64,000 nucleotides of DNA from an uncultured Acetobacteraceae bacterium (lineage in GTDB: Bacteria > Pseudomonadota > Alphaproteobacteria > Acetobacterales > Acetobacteraceae): NCBI GenBank assembly GCA_964252545.1, contig CAXUNX010000001.1, positions 18,552-82,551 on the forward strand, written 5' to 3'. Below are positions 20,297 to 29,510 of this stretch, piece after piece. The position numbers were made by a program, and so were the translations under genes. The notes under the pieces are model-generated. The model worked only from the letters and a program-made list of their open reading frames with translations, ran no database searches and was not told the DNA's origin. Within the stretch, counting starts at the first letter, position 1. The number at the start of each line of letters is the position of its first letter.

Positions 20297-20328
20297 TTGC
20301 ACCAGAACTTTGTATACGGTAGACGAAA
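20297..20328 (+). promoter_or_regulatory. Putative sigma70 promoter with overlapping HypR-like GntR operator
   Basis: TTGCAC-N17-TAGACG overlaps TTTGTATACGGTAGACGAAA (GTATAC core) in the 100-bp divergent intergenic region. Confidence 0.5.
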
Positions 20329-20360
20329 AACCGGAACATGCAAGCGAGGCACGATCTCCC

Positions 20361-21260
20361 ATGCAGTGGCTCGGCGTTTTTCCTGCCGCGACGACGCAGT
20401 TCAGGCAGGATCTGTCGATCGATCTCGATGCCACCCAGGGCGTCCTCGATGCGCTTGTTCGGGACGGGGTGCACGGCCTCGTCCTGCTGGGCACCTGTGG
20501 AGAGAATAACTCGCTGGAGCCGGACGAGAAGCTAGGCGTCATCACCGCTGCGTGTGAGGTGGTGGCGAAGCGCGTGCCGATTGTCGTCGGCGTATCGGAA
20601 ATGACCACGCCGCGCGCCGCCGCCTTCGCGCGCAAGGCGGAACGCATCGGAGTCGATGCGCTGATGGTGCTGCCGGCGATGGTCTATGTGCCAAAGCCGC
20701 ATGAGCTCGCAGCGCATTTCCGTCAGGTGGCGGAGGCGTCCGCGCTGCCGATCATGCTCTACAACAACCCGGCCGCCTACCGGGTGAACATCACCATCGA
20801 CGTGCTGACGCAGCTTGCCGACGTGGAGACAATCGTCGCGTTGAAGGAAAGCGCCGCGGACACGCGTCGGTTCACCGACATCCACAACAATTTCGGCGAA
20901 CGTTTCACCCTGATGGCGGGCCTCGACGACGTGGCGTTGGAAGCGCTGATGCTGGGCGCGGTGGGCTGGGTTTCCGGGCTGACCAGCGCCTTCCCGCGAG
21001 AGTCCGTGGCCCTGGTGGAGGCGGTGCAAGCCGGTGACCTCAAGACGGCGCTTCGCATCTATCGCTGGTTCATGCCGCTGCTGCATCTCGATGCGGAGCA
21101 CGATCTGGTGCAATCGATCAAGCTCGCGGAGCAGATCATGCAGCGCGGCAGCGAACGGGTGCGGGCACCTCGTCTGCCGCTTGAGGGCGACCGGCGGGCG
21201 GAAGTGATCGCCATGGTCGAAGCCGCTGCACGGTCACAGCCGGATCTTTCGGCGTCATAG
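20361..21260 (+). CDS. DHDPS-family enzyme, probable delta1-pyrroline-4-hydroxy-2-carboxylate deaminase
   Basis: GVFPAATTQF, GTCGE, MLYNNP, ALKES Schiff-base Lys. Adjacent to the Hyp epimerase. Confidence 0.8.
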   Translation: MQWLGVFPAATTQFRQDLSIDLDATQGVLDALVRDGVHGLVLLGTCGENNSLEPDEKLGVITAACEVVAKRVPIVVGVSEMTTPRAAAFARKAERIGVDALMVLPAMVYVPKPHELAAHFRQVAEASALPIMLYNNPAAYRVNITIDVLTQLADVETIVALKESAADTRRFTDIHNNFGERFTLMAGLDDVALEALMLGAVGWVSGLTSAFPRESVALVEAVQAGDLKTALRIYRWFMPLLHLDAEHDLVQSIKLAEQIMQRGSERVRAPRLPLEGDRRAEVIAMVEAAARSQPDLSAS

Positions 21261-21296
21261 GCGCCGATCGTCGGGACCAGAGGCAGCGCCACGATC

Positions 21297-22292
21297 ATGA
21301 GACACACGTTCTTCTGCATCGACGGCCATACGGCGGGCAATCCGGTGCGGCTGGTTGCGGGAGGTGCCCCGCTGCTGCGCGGCACGTCCATGAGCGAGCG
21401 ACGGCGGGATTTCCTCCAGCGTTTCGACTGGATCCGCACCGGCCTTTGTTTCGAGCCGCGCGGACATGACATGATGTCGGGCGGCTTCCTGTATCCGCCG
21501 ACCCGCAACGACACCGATGCCGGCATCCTGTTCATCGAGACCAGCGGCTGCCTGCCGATGTGCGGCCACGGCACCATCGGCCTCGTGACGTTCGCGCTGG
21601 AGCATGGCCTGTTGCAGCCGCGCGAGCCGGGCCGGGTGGTGCTGGAGGTACCGGCAGGACTGATTTCGGTGTCCTATCGAGAAGATGGCGGCCGGGTGGC
21701 GTCGGTCTCGCTCCGCAACGTGCCCTCCTATGTCGCAGCGACCGGCATCGAGGTCGAGGTGCCCGATCTCGGGCCGTTGAAGGTCGACGTGGCCTATGGC
21801 GGGAATTTCTACGCCATCGTCGAGCCTCAAGGTGGCTATGGCGGGCTCGATGCGATGGGTGCGGCCCGGCTGCTGGCGCTGAGCCCTCTGGTGCGCAGGC
21901 TCGTGCAGGAGAAGCTCGTGCCCGTGCACCCGCTCGATCCGACCATCTCAGGGGTCAGTCACGTGCTCTGGGCGGATACCGGCGGCGACCAGGGGCACGG
22001 CCGCAACGCGGTGTTCTATGGCGACAAGGCGATCGATCGCAGCCCCTGCGGAACCGGCACGTCGGCGCGCCTTGCACAGCTATGGAGCAGCGGCCGGCTC
22101 AAAATCGGCCAGCCCTTTCTCCACCAGAGCTACATCCATAGCCGCTTCATCGGCACCGTGGCCGAGCAGACCGAACTCGCAGGCCAGCCTGCAATCGTCC
22201 CGGTGATCGAGGGTTCGGCGATCTCAACCGGCTTCAACACGATCTGGATTGATCGGAACGACATGTTCTGGAGCGGTTTCCAGGTGGTATGA
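21297..22292 (+). CDS. 4-hydroxyproline 2-epimerase (proline racemase family)
   Basis: DGHTAGNPVR, EPRGHDMMSG, MCGH and DRSPCGTG catalytic Cys pair. Confidence 0.93.
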   Translation: MRHTFFCIDGHTAGNPVRLVAGGAPLLRGTSMSERRRDFLQRFDWIRTGLCFEPRGHDMMSGGFLYPPTRNDTDAGILFIETSGCLPMCGHGTIGLVTFALEHGLLQPREPGRVVLEVPAGLISVSYREDGGRVASVSLRNVPSYVAATGIEVEVPDLGPLKVDVAYGGNFYAIVEPQGGYGGLDAMGAARLLALSPLVRRLVQEKLVPVHPLDPTISGVSHVLWADTGGDQGHGRNAVFYGDKAIDRSPCGTGTSARLAQLWSSGRLKIGQPFLHQSYIHSRFIGTVAEQTELAGQPAIVPVIEGSAISTGFNTIWIDRNDMFWSGFQVV

Positions 22293-22327
22293 TCCTTCCG
22301 TCGTCACATCAAGGACACGAACCCTCC

Positions 22328-22993
22328 ATGACAGCCGCTGCAGCCGCCTTCATCCGCATGGAGGTGCGGACCCTTGGCGACCGTGTCTATGACCTGATGC
22401 GCGACCGGATCCTGGCGGGCGACCTCGCCGGCGGCGAACCGATTCGGCAGGATAGCCTGGCCGCCGAGCTCGGCATCAGCAAGATCCCGCTGCGTGAGGC
22501 GCTGACGCGGCTCGAGCAGAACGGCCTCGTCAACTCCCACGCCAACCGTGGCTACATGGTGTCGCTGCTGTCGGCCGGCGAGGCCGAGGAGGTATTCGCG
22601 CTGCGGCTGAAGCTCGAGCCGGATGCGGTCGTGCGCGGCAGCCGGCATGCTGTGCCCGACGACCACAAGACCGCGGAGGCGGCGCTGTTTGAACTCGAAG
22701 CCAGGGTACGTGCGGGAAGCCTCGAACAGGGCACCTACAACCGCCTGTTCCACATGACGCTGATCCAGCCCGGCGCCGGTCGCCTCACGATGTCCCTGAT
22801 CGAGCGGTTGAACATCATCGCCGACCGATACGTCCGGCTCCACCTCAAGCCTGATGGCCGCAAGAGCCGGGCAAACGCCGAACATCGCGAGATCCTGCGC
22901 TGCTGGATCGGCCGCGACCAGCGTCGGCTCGATCAGTTGATGAAGGGCCATATCCGCGACACGCTCGACGACCTGCGTCAACAGCTCGGCTAA
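22328..22993 (+). CDS. GntR/FCD regulator (HypR-like)
   Basis: wHTH GEPIRQDSLAAELGISKIPLREAL plus FCD (NRLFHMTL, EHREIL). Lies directly after the epimerase. Confidence 0.88.
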   Translation: MTAAAAAFIRMEVRTLGDRVYDLMRDRILAGDLAGGEPIRQDSLAAELGISKIPLREALTRLEQNGLVNSHANRGYMVSLLSAGEAEEVFALRLKLEPDAVVRGSRHAVPDDHKTAEAALFELEARVRAGSLEQGTYNRLFHMTLIQPGAGRLTMSLIERLNIIADRYVRLHLKPDGRKSRANAEHREILRCWIGRDQRRLDQLMKGHIRDTLDDLRQQLG

Positions 22994-23036
22994 CCGTGCG
23001 CGCCGCCGGTGGCGCCGCGCTGGAAGGGAGAACGGC

Positions 23037-24443
23037 TTGGACGACCTGATTGCTGCCGAGCTGGCCGTTCCTGCTCAAACCTCCTCCGCCGGTGACACGG
23101 CGTTCTTTGGCCACCCGCGCGGTCTGGCGGTGATCGCCTTTACCGAGGGCTGGATCGGCTTCTCGCTTTATGGCACCCAGTCATGCCTGGTACTCTACAT
23201 GACCAGTCAGCTGCTGCGGCCGGCCCATGTCGGGCATGTCTGGGGTTTCGGCACGCTGCTTGCGATCCTCAGGCCCGCCTACGGGATGCTTGACGGCGAG
23301 CCGCTCGCCTCGGCGATCATGGGGCTCTACATCGCCCTGATCTGGGCAACGCCGATCATCGGCGGAATCCTGTCCGACTGCTTCATTGGCCGGACGCGTA
23401 CGATCCTGCTGGGTAGCCTGCTCATGACGGTGGGCCATTTCCTGCTTGCCTTCGAGGCGAGCTTCCTGCTTGCCCTGCTGTTCCTGGTGGCCGGCTGCGG
23501 CTGCGGCTCATGCGTCCAGGCGCAGCTCGGCTCGCTCTACGCCCCGTCCGATCCCCGCCGCACGGACGCCTTCCAGATCTATTCGATGTCGGTCTGCCTC
23601 GCTGTTATCCTGGCGCCGCTGATCTGCGGAACCCTTGGCGAGGCCTATGCCTGGCACTGGGGATTCGCCGCGGCAGGATGCGGCATGCTGATCGGATTGA
23701 TCGTCTATCTGGTGGGCTGGAGAAGCCTGCCGCCCGAGCCGCCGATCAGGCGCCTCCGAGGGCGTGGCTGGAAGCCCGGGCTCACCCGCGAGGACCGCCG
23801 CATTCTGCTCCTGCTTCTGCTGCTGCTTCCCGTGCTGGCGCTGGCCATGCTCGGCAACACGCAGCTATTCAACGCTTATCTGATCTGGGCGAAACAAAAC
23901 TACCAGCTCGTCTTCCTCGGCCACACCATGCCGACAAGCTGGCTGCTTTCGATCGACTCGGCCACCGGCGTTCTCACCATCTTCGCCTCGGTGCTGTTCT
24001 GGCGATGGTGGGAGCGACATCACCCCGCACCCAACGAACTGGTGAAGATGTCGGCGGGCGCCGGCATCCTGGCGATAGCTCCCGCGATCCTGGCCCTGGC
24101 AGCCTGGAAGGATGGCGGAAGGCACGCGATCGGACTGGAATGGGGATTGGCATTCCATCTGGTCAACTCTTTCGGCTTCGCGAACGTCTACGCCATCGGC
24201 ATGGCGTTGTACTCTCGCATCGCGCCCCGCGCGCTCGGCGCCACCATCGTGAACGCCTATGGCCTGAACCTGTTCTTCTCGAATCTTCTGGCAGGCTGGT
24301 TGGGAGGCTTGCTGCCTGACCTGCCGGGCGAGGATTTCTGGCTGCTCCACACCGCCCTGATCGCTGCGGGCGCGCTCATGCTGCTCATCATGTTCCACCT
24401 GTTCTCCGGTCTTGTCGCCAAACCAGACCAGAAGCCGGCCTAG
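23037..24443 (+). CDS. POT/PTR proton-dependent oligopeptide transporter
   Basis: FFGHPRGL..IAFTEGW..FSLYG, LGSLYAPSDPRRTDAFQIYSM, WHWGF..AG.GM. Confidence 0.88.
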   Translation: MDDLIAAELAVPAQTSSAGDTAFFGHPRGLAVIAFTEGWIGFSLYGTQSCLVLYMTSQLLRPAHVGHVWGFGTLLAILRPAYGMLDGEPLASAIMGLYIALIWATPIIGGILSDCFIGRTRTILLGSLLMTVGHFLLAFEASFLLALLFLVAGCGCGSCVQAQLGSLYAPSDPRRTDAFQIYSMSVCLAVILAPLICGTLGEAYAWHWGFAAAGCGMLIGLIVYLVGWRSLPPEPPIRRLRGRGWKPGLTREDRRILLLLLLLLPVLALAMLGNTQLFNAYLIWAKQNYQLVFLGHTMPTSWLLSIDSATGVLTIFASVLFWRWWERHHPAPNELVKMSAGAGILAIAPAILALAAWKDGGRHAIGLEWGLAFHLVNSFGFANVYAIGMALYSRIAPRALGATIVNAYGLNLFFSNLLAGWLGGLLPDLPGEDFWLLHTALIAAGALMLLIMFHLFSGLVAKPDQKPA

Positions 24444-24500
24444 TCCAGTCCGAACCCGCGGCTACCAGATAACGCAACATCCCGGCTATGCTCGGGTCGC

Positions 24501-25043
24501 ATGCTCACGCTGAAGCCGCTTTCCGACTCCCACATCCACGTGCTCGCCGGCTGGTTTCGGTGCGAGCGCGAGGTGGTGCAGTGGGGCGGCGCCAGCCTTT
24601 CATTCCCGCTGGAGGCGGACCAGCTCCGCTCCATGCTGAAACAGCCGGAAGGCGCGCAGCCGGCTTGGCTAAGCTGGGCGGCGGCTTGCGATGACCGCAT
24701 GGTCGGCCATGCGCAGCTCGGCCTGGACTGGCGCAACGGCAACGCGACGCTTTGCCGCGTCGTGATCGCACCCGAGCGTCGCGGACAGGGGTTCGCGAGA
24801 TCGATGCTGCTCCAGGTGATCGCGCAGGCTTTCGCTCTTCCCGGCATCGAGCGCGTCGAGCTTCACGTGTTCGACTGGAACCGCCCGGCGGTCAGGACCT
24901 ATGAACGCCTTGGTTTCACCAGCAAGGGCGTGCGGCGTGCATGCATACGGGTCGGCGACGAGCGCTGGAGCTTGATGGTGATGGGGCTGCTGCGTGACGA
25001 GTGGCGACAATCGCCATGCAGCACCGGACGCAACCCTGAGTGA
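24501..25043 (+). CDS. GNAT (RimJ/RimL-like) acetyltransferase
   Basis: PERRGQGFA acetyl-CoA motif and VELHVFDWNRPAVRTYERLGF. Confidence 0.85.
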   Translation: MLTLKPLSDSHIHVLAGWFRCEREVVQWGGASLSFPLEADQLRSMLKQPEGAQPAWLSWAAACDDRMVGHAQLGLDWRNGNATLCRVVIAPERRGQGFARSMLLQVIAQAFALPGIERVELHVFDWNRPAVRTYERLGFTSKGVRRACIRVGDERWSLMVMGLLRDEWRQSPCSTGRNPE

Positions 25044-25062
25044 GGTCGTCCACGTTGCCTGG

Positions 25063-25764
25063 TCATGTCGCGAGGCCCTCGATGATCCCGCGGGTCTCCT
25101 CGACGGCGACCGCCCAGATCGCCAGCATATCGGTATCCGGCCGTTGATAAAGGCCGCCGAAGTTTCCATCGCCGAGGTACTCGCGCGTGTGTGCCGGAGA
25201 CATCGCCCGCATGCGTCCGACATCCACCGGCGGCTTGGCGCCCGAGGGTGGGGTGATCCCGGGCAGGCGGGTCCAGGGGAAGTTCTCCATCCAGGAGGCA
25301 TGTGAGGCCACCGGGTCCGCCGCCTGGACCGCCTCCCAGGTGCGCGGCGCGTTCCACCAGTTGTGGAACTGGACTGAGCATTGCGGGCTGGCGGCCTGCC
25401 ATTCCGCGGCGATCACCTGCCCGGGCTGGTTGCCGCCATGCCCGTTCACGAACAGGAACTGCCGGAAACCTTGTCCCGACAGGCTGTCGAGGATATCGCG
25501 CAGCAGCCGCGCATATGTCTCGACGCGCAGCGAGACCGTGCCGGGATAGGCCAGAAAATAGGGCGTGATGCCGTAGGGCAGCACCGGAAACACCGGCACG
25601 CCGAGTGGGGCTGCGGCTTCCAGCGCCACACGCTCCGCAAGCAGCGAGTCGGTGGCGAGACTCAGGAAGGCATGTTGTTCCGTGCAGCCGAGCGGGATCA
25701 CGGCTCGCGTTTCGCGAGCGAGCGCGGCCTCGAGTTGCAACCAGTTCGTCTCGGCGATCTTCAT
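25063..25764 (-). CDS. Creatininase-family amidohydrolase
   Basis: PLGCTEQH, LATD, YPGTVSL, VNGHGGN, SHASWMEN. Overlaps the GntR stop. Confidence 0.88.
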   Translation of the reverse strand: MKIAETNWLQLEAALARETRAVIPLGCTEQHAFLSLATDSLLAERVALEAAAPLGVPVFPVLPYGITPYFLAYPGTVSLRVETYARLLRDILDSLSGQGFRQFLFVNGHGGNQPGQVIAAEWQAASPQCSVQFHNWWNAPRTWEAVQAADPVASHASWMENFPWTRLPGITPPSGAKPPVDVGRMRAMSPAHTREYLGDGNFGGLYQRPDTDMLAIWAVAVEETRGIIEGLAT

Positions 25765-26762
25765 GACATCCGTTCCATTTCACGTTTTGCCGTGCTGTTG
25801 CCGTGCAGGGACTGGATCAGCCGACGTACGTCGCCGGCATCGGGAGTGTGGCGGTATTCGAAGGCGGCGACGCCTTCGGGCAATACCAGGCCGAGATCGT
25901 CGGCGCCGGTGGCGAACACCACCACCTCGACCCGATCCAGCATCGGGGCGAGTTCGGGGGTGCCGTAGAGGGCGACGGACACTTCGGAAAGATGCGGTGC
26001 AAACCGCTGCACCCCGAGCTTCATCAGCGGAGTGAATTCAGGAACGATCGACACGACGCCGACCCGGGTGCGCGGATCGAGGGCGGCCAGGGCCTGACGC
26101 GTGGCGGCCGCGGGAATGAAGGTCACCGCGGCAACCACCGTGTCCGGCAACAGGTTCATCACGTCGCGGCGTCGATGGGCGAAGGTGATCACCAGATCGG
26201 CGCGACCCGCACGCTGTCGTGCCTCGGGGTCCTGCTGGATCATCGTGAGGGTTGTCGGCTCGATGGTCACGGCCTCGCCCACCATCTGCGCGATCTCGGC
26301 GCAATAGGCCGCGGTCGCCTGGACGAAATGGCCGACCATCACGACGTGCGGCCGGCTATGGGCCTGGTCCGGCTCCTTCATGCGCGCTGCGATCAGGCCT
26401 GCAAGATCGCTGGCGCGCAGGCCAAGGGCGCGTCCCTGCACGATCACCGCGTCGAGGGCGCGATGCAGGGCGATGCCGTGCGGAGCGGGGCGCCCCCTGC
26501 CGGCAACGGCGATCTCGGCCACGAAGGTGCCCGAGCCCGTTCTGCTGACGATCACGCCGGCGGCCTTGAGCTCTGCATAGACCTGCGCCACGGTCATCGG
26601 GGCCACGCCGAGATGATCGGCGAGTTCGCGCACTGACGGCAGCCTGTCGCCGGCGCGCAGCGTGCCCAAACCGACGCCGAACTCGATCAAGCCGCGCAGC
26701 TGGGTTCCGAGCGGCACTGGAAGGTCGCGATCAACCGAGAAGGCTGCGAGATCGGCGGACAA
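25761..26762 (-). CDS. GntR family regulator (YtrA-like wHTH with long C-terminal ligand-binding region)
   Basis: PLGTQLRGLIEFGV...GDRLPSVRELADHLGVAPMTVAQVYAELKAAGVIVSRTGSGTFVA. The start is inferred as TTG 26762; the ORF is open to 26825. Confidence 0.85.
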   Translation of the reverse strand: MSADLAAFSVDRDLPVPLGTQLRGLIEFGVGLGTLRAGDRLPSVRELADHLGVAPMTVAQVYAELKAAGVIVSRTGSGTFVAEIAVAGRGRPAPHGIALHRALDAVIVQGRALGLRASDLAGLIAARMKEPDQAHSRPHVVMVGHFVQATAAYCAEIAQMVGEAVTIEPTTLTMIQQDPEARQRAGRADLVITFAHRRRDVMNLLPDTVVAAVTFIPAAATRQALAALDPRTRVGVVSIVPEFTPLMKLGVQRFAPHLSEVSVALYGTPELAPMLDRVEVVVFATGADDLGLVLPEGVAAFEYRHTPDAGDVRRLIQSLHGNSTAKREMERMS

Positions 26763-26776
26763 GATGGCGGCAAACC

Positions 26777-26794
26777 GTCCTAGCTTCTTGGTAC
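26777..26794. promoter_or_regulatory. Putative GntR operator, copy 1 (GTCCTA-N6-TGGTAC)
   Basis: Imperfect inverted repeat matching copy 2, just upstream of the regulator. Confidence 0.55.
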
Positions 26795-26902
26795 ACTCAT
26801 ACCGGAGCGGACCTGTTCGCACCACCCGCTATTTGCGGTCCCGCCTGCGCCGGGTGGCCTGGCGGGGGAAGCCCGGAACGGCCGGCGCCACCATAAAACA
26901 GG

Positions 26903-26948
26903 TTGACCATTCGAGACTGGGATCAATAATGTTCTAATTGACTAGCAC
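26903..26948 (+). promoter_or_regulatory. Putative sigma70 promoter plus GntR operator copy 2 (GTTCTA-N6-TAGCAC, 26931-26948)
   Basis: TTGACC at 26903 and an AATAAT/TAATGT -10-like element, followed by the inverted repeat GTnCTA-N6-TAGnAC. Confidence 0.6.
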
Positions 26949-26976
26949 GTCAATCGATCCAGGCGGGAGTGAGAGA

Positions 26977-28578
26977 TTGAGCTTGAGATGCGCTCTCCTC
27001 CTTCTCATCCTGTTGCCCGCCTGTGTCTCCGCCTACGCTTCCACACCCACCGCTGCGATCAACGCCTCGCCGGTTCGTGGCGGCATCATGAGCTATGGCC
27101 GCTATATCGACAGCCTGCTGCTGGATCCGGTCCTCAACGACAGCAACGCCGATATCTGGATCCTTTCCAGCCTCTACGATACGCTGTTGTTGCCGTCGGC
27201 CACCGGCAGCGGCGTACAGCCCGGGCTCGCGGCGGCATGGCGAGTGTCGCCGGACGGGCTTTCCGTGCTGCTCTCGATGCGCAAGGGAATCCGGTTCTCG
27301 GACGGCACGCCGATCAGCGTCGGCGACGTCAAATGGTCGCTCGACCGCGCGCGCAACCCTGACAACGGCATCTGGAACTTTCTTCTGCGGGCGATCGGCG
27401 ATGTCCAGGTGGTCGATGCCGGAACGGTGCTGCTGCATCTGCGTCATCCGGACCCTTCGATCCTTGCGGCGTTGAGCGTGTTCAACAGCGCCATCATGCC
27501 GGAGCGGCAGTTCCAGGCCACTCCCGGCGCGAACGGTTACGAGAAGGCGGCTGCGTTCGAGCAGCATCCGGTGACTTCCGGCCCGTTCGTGCTGCAATCC
27601 TGGGTGCACGGCTCGACCATGCGCCTGCGGCGCAACCCGTTCTATTGGGCCCTCGGAACGGACGCGAAGCCCCTGCCTTATCTGGACGGCATCACCTTCC
27701 AGGTCATCCCGGACGACGCCACCCGGATCCTCAAGGTGCAGTCGGGCGAGCTGGACGGCGCCGAGCTGGTGCCCTTCTCCCGTGTTGCGGAGCTGCAGAA
27801 CGATCCGCGACTGCGGATGCGGCTGTTTGCCTCCACGCGCACCGACTACGTCATCCTGAACGTGCGCCCGACCCTCCCGGGAGGCGCCAGGAATCCGCTG
27901 GCGTCGCCCCAGATACGCGAAGCCCTGAACGACGCGGTCAACCGGGCCGGCCTGATCCAGATCGTCACACGCGGCATCGGCACCCCGATGACCTCGTTTA
28001 TGTCGCATGCGACGCCCTTGCACGTCGATGTTCCCAACGCGACGCGCTTTGATCCTGTCGAGGCCAGGGCGCTGCTTCGCCAGGCCGGTTACCCGCATGG
28101 GTTCGAGGCCACCCTGCTGGTTCTCGCGGGCAGCGAGCACGAGATCGAGATCGGCACGGCGCTGCAGGAGATGTGGTCCGCGATCGGCGTCGATCTACAT
28201 CTCCGGCAGCTTGATTTCGGCACCCTGACCGATATCTACCGCAGCGGCACGTTCACGATGCGGCTCAGCATGTGGACCGACGACATCGCCGATCCGGAGG
28301 AGATCACCTCCTATGCCGTCTACGCGCCGACCAACGGCGCGCAGCATACCGGCTGGCACAATGCGCAGGCCGAGCAGCTCTATCTCGCATCCGCCCTCGA
28401 GCTTGATCCGCGCCGCCGCGCCGAGGAGTACGCGCGCATACAGGCGCTGTTCGAGGATGGCCCGATCGTGCGCCTGTTCGAGACTCCCTACGCGGTGGTG
28501 CTCCGGAGCAACGTCAAAGGGTTCCAACAGCTGCCGCTCGGCAACAACGTCTTCACCGAAACCTGGCTGGCGCGGTGA
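26977..28578 (+). CDS. Peptide ABC transporter substrate-binding protein (SBP family 5)
   Basis: Signal peptide, PGLAAAW, LRKG-like IRFSDGTP...DVKWS, SGPF, PYLD. TTG start behind GGGAG; the ORF is open from 26938. Confidence 0.92.
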   Translation: MSLRCALLLLILLPACVSAYASTPTAAINASPVRGGIMSYGRYIDSLLLDPVLNDSNADIWILSSLYDTLLLPSATGSGVQPGLAAAWRVSPDGLSVLLSMRKGIRFSDGTPISVGDVKWSLDRARNPDNGIWNFLLRAIGDVQVVDAGTVLLHLRHPDPSILAALSVFNSAIMPERQFQATPGANGYEKAAAFEQHPVTSGPFVLQSWVHGSTMRLRRNPFYWALGTDAKPLPYLDGITFQVIPDDATRILKVQSGELDGAELVPFSRVAELQNDPRLRMRLFASTRTDYVILNVRPTLPGGARNPLASPQIREALNDAVNRAGLIQIVTRGIGTPMTSFMSHATPLHVDVPNATRFDPVEARALLRQAGYPHGFEATLLVLAGSEHEIEIGTALQEMWSAIGVDLHLRQLDFGTLTDIYRSGTFTMRLSMWTDDIADPEEITSYAVYAPTNGAQHTGWHNAQAEQLYLASALELDPRRRAEEYARIQALFEDGPIVRLFETPYAVVLRSNVKGFQQLPLGNNVFTETWLAR

Positions 28579-29510
28579 GCGGTGCCAGGAGCCTCCGGCG
28601 CATCCTGCAGGCGGTTCCCACCCTGGTCGCGATCATCGTCGTCACCTTCCTGATCGTGCACCTCCTGCCCGGCGATCCGGCGAGTGCCCAGATCGGCGAC
28701 CGCGTCACCGATGCCGAAGTCGCACAGGTCAAGGCGCGTCTCGGCCTGGACCAGCCGCTCACCGTCCAGTTCGAGCGCTATCTCGGCGATCTCGCGCGAG
28801 GCGATTTGGGTCGGTCCAACCGCCTCGGCGTGCCGGTCTTGCAGCTGATCCTGCAGCGCCTGCCGGTCACGCTGCAACTCAGCGCCATGGCGTCGGTCAT
28901 CTCGGTGGCGATCTCTGTTCCGCTCGCCCTGCTGGCCGCCCTGAACCGCGACCGCGCGCTCGACGTGCTGACACGCGGCGTGTTCCAGATCGGGCTTTCG
29001 ATGCCGGCCTTCTATATCGGCATCGTCATGCTGACGCTCCTGGCCGCACGGCTGCGTCTGCTGCCGGTCGGCGGATACGGTGAAGGCCTGCGCGAGCACT
29101 TCATCCACCTGCTGCTGCCGGCGCTCTCGCTGTCGCTCAGCCTGTCCGCGGTGCTGATGCGAAACCTGCGCGCCTCGATCTGCGAGGTGCTCGATTCCCC
29201 GCATGTCGAGTTCGCCCGGCTCAAGGGGCTGGAGCCTGCCACCGTGCTGCGGCGGCACGTCCTGCGCAACGCCCTGGCGTCAACGGTGACGCTGTTCGGA
29301 TTGAGCGCAGGCAGCCTGCTCGGCGGGGCGGTGGTCATCGAGACGGTGTTCGCCATCCCGGGTGTCGGCACGCTGATGATCGACAGCGTGTTTGCGCGTG
29401 ACTACCCGGTGATCGAGGCGCTGACCCTGATCCTGGCAATCCTGGTGGTGCTGACGCTGCTGGTGACCGACCTGCTGCAATCGGCGATCGATCCGCGGTC
29501 GGAGCCATGA
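28575..29510 (+). CDS. Peptide ABC transporter permease (DppB-like)
   Basis: LPGDPA, LGLDQPL, ARLKGL EAA loop, ETVFAIPG, RDYPVI. Confidence 0.93.
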   Translation: MSGARSLRRILQAVPTLVAIIVVTFLIVHLLPGDPASAQIGDRVTDAEVAQVKARLGLDQPLTVQFERYLGDLARGDLGRSNRLGVPVLQLILQRLPVTLQLSAMASVISVAISVPLALLAALNRDRALDVLTRGVFQIGLSMPAFYIGIVMLTLLAARLRLLPVGGYGEGLREHFIHLLLPALSLSLSLSAVLMRNLRASICEVLDSPHVEFARLKGLEPATVLRRHVLRNALASTVTLFGLSAGSLLGGAVVIETVFAIPGVGTLMIDSVFARDYPVIEALTLILAILVVLTLLVTDLLQSAIDPRSEP

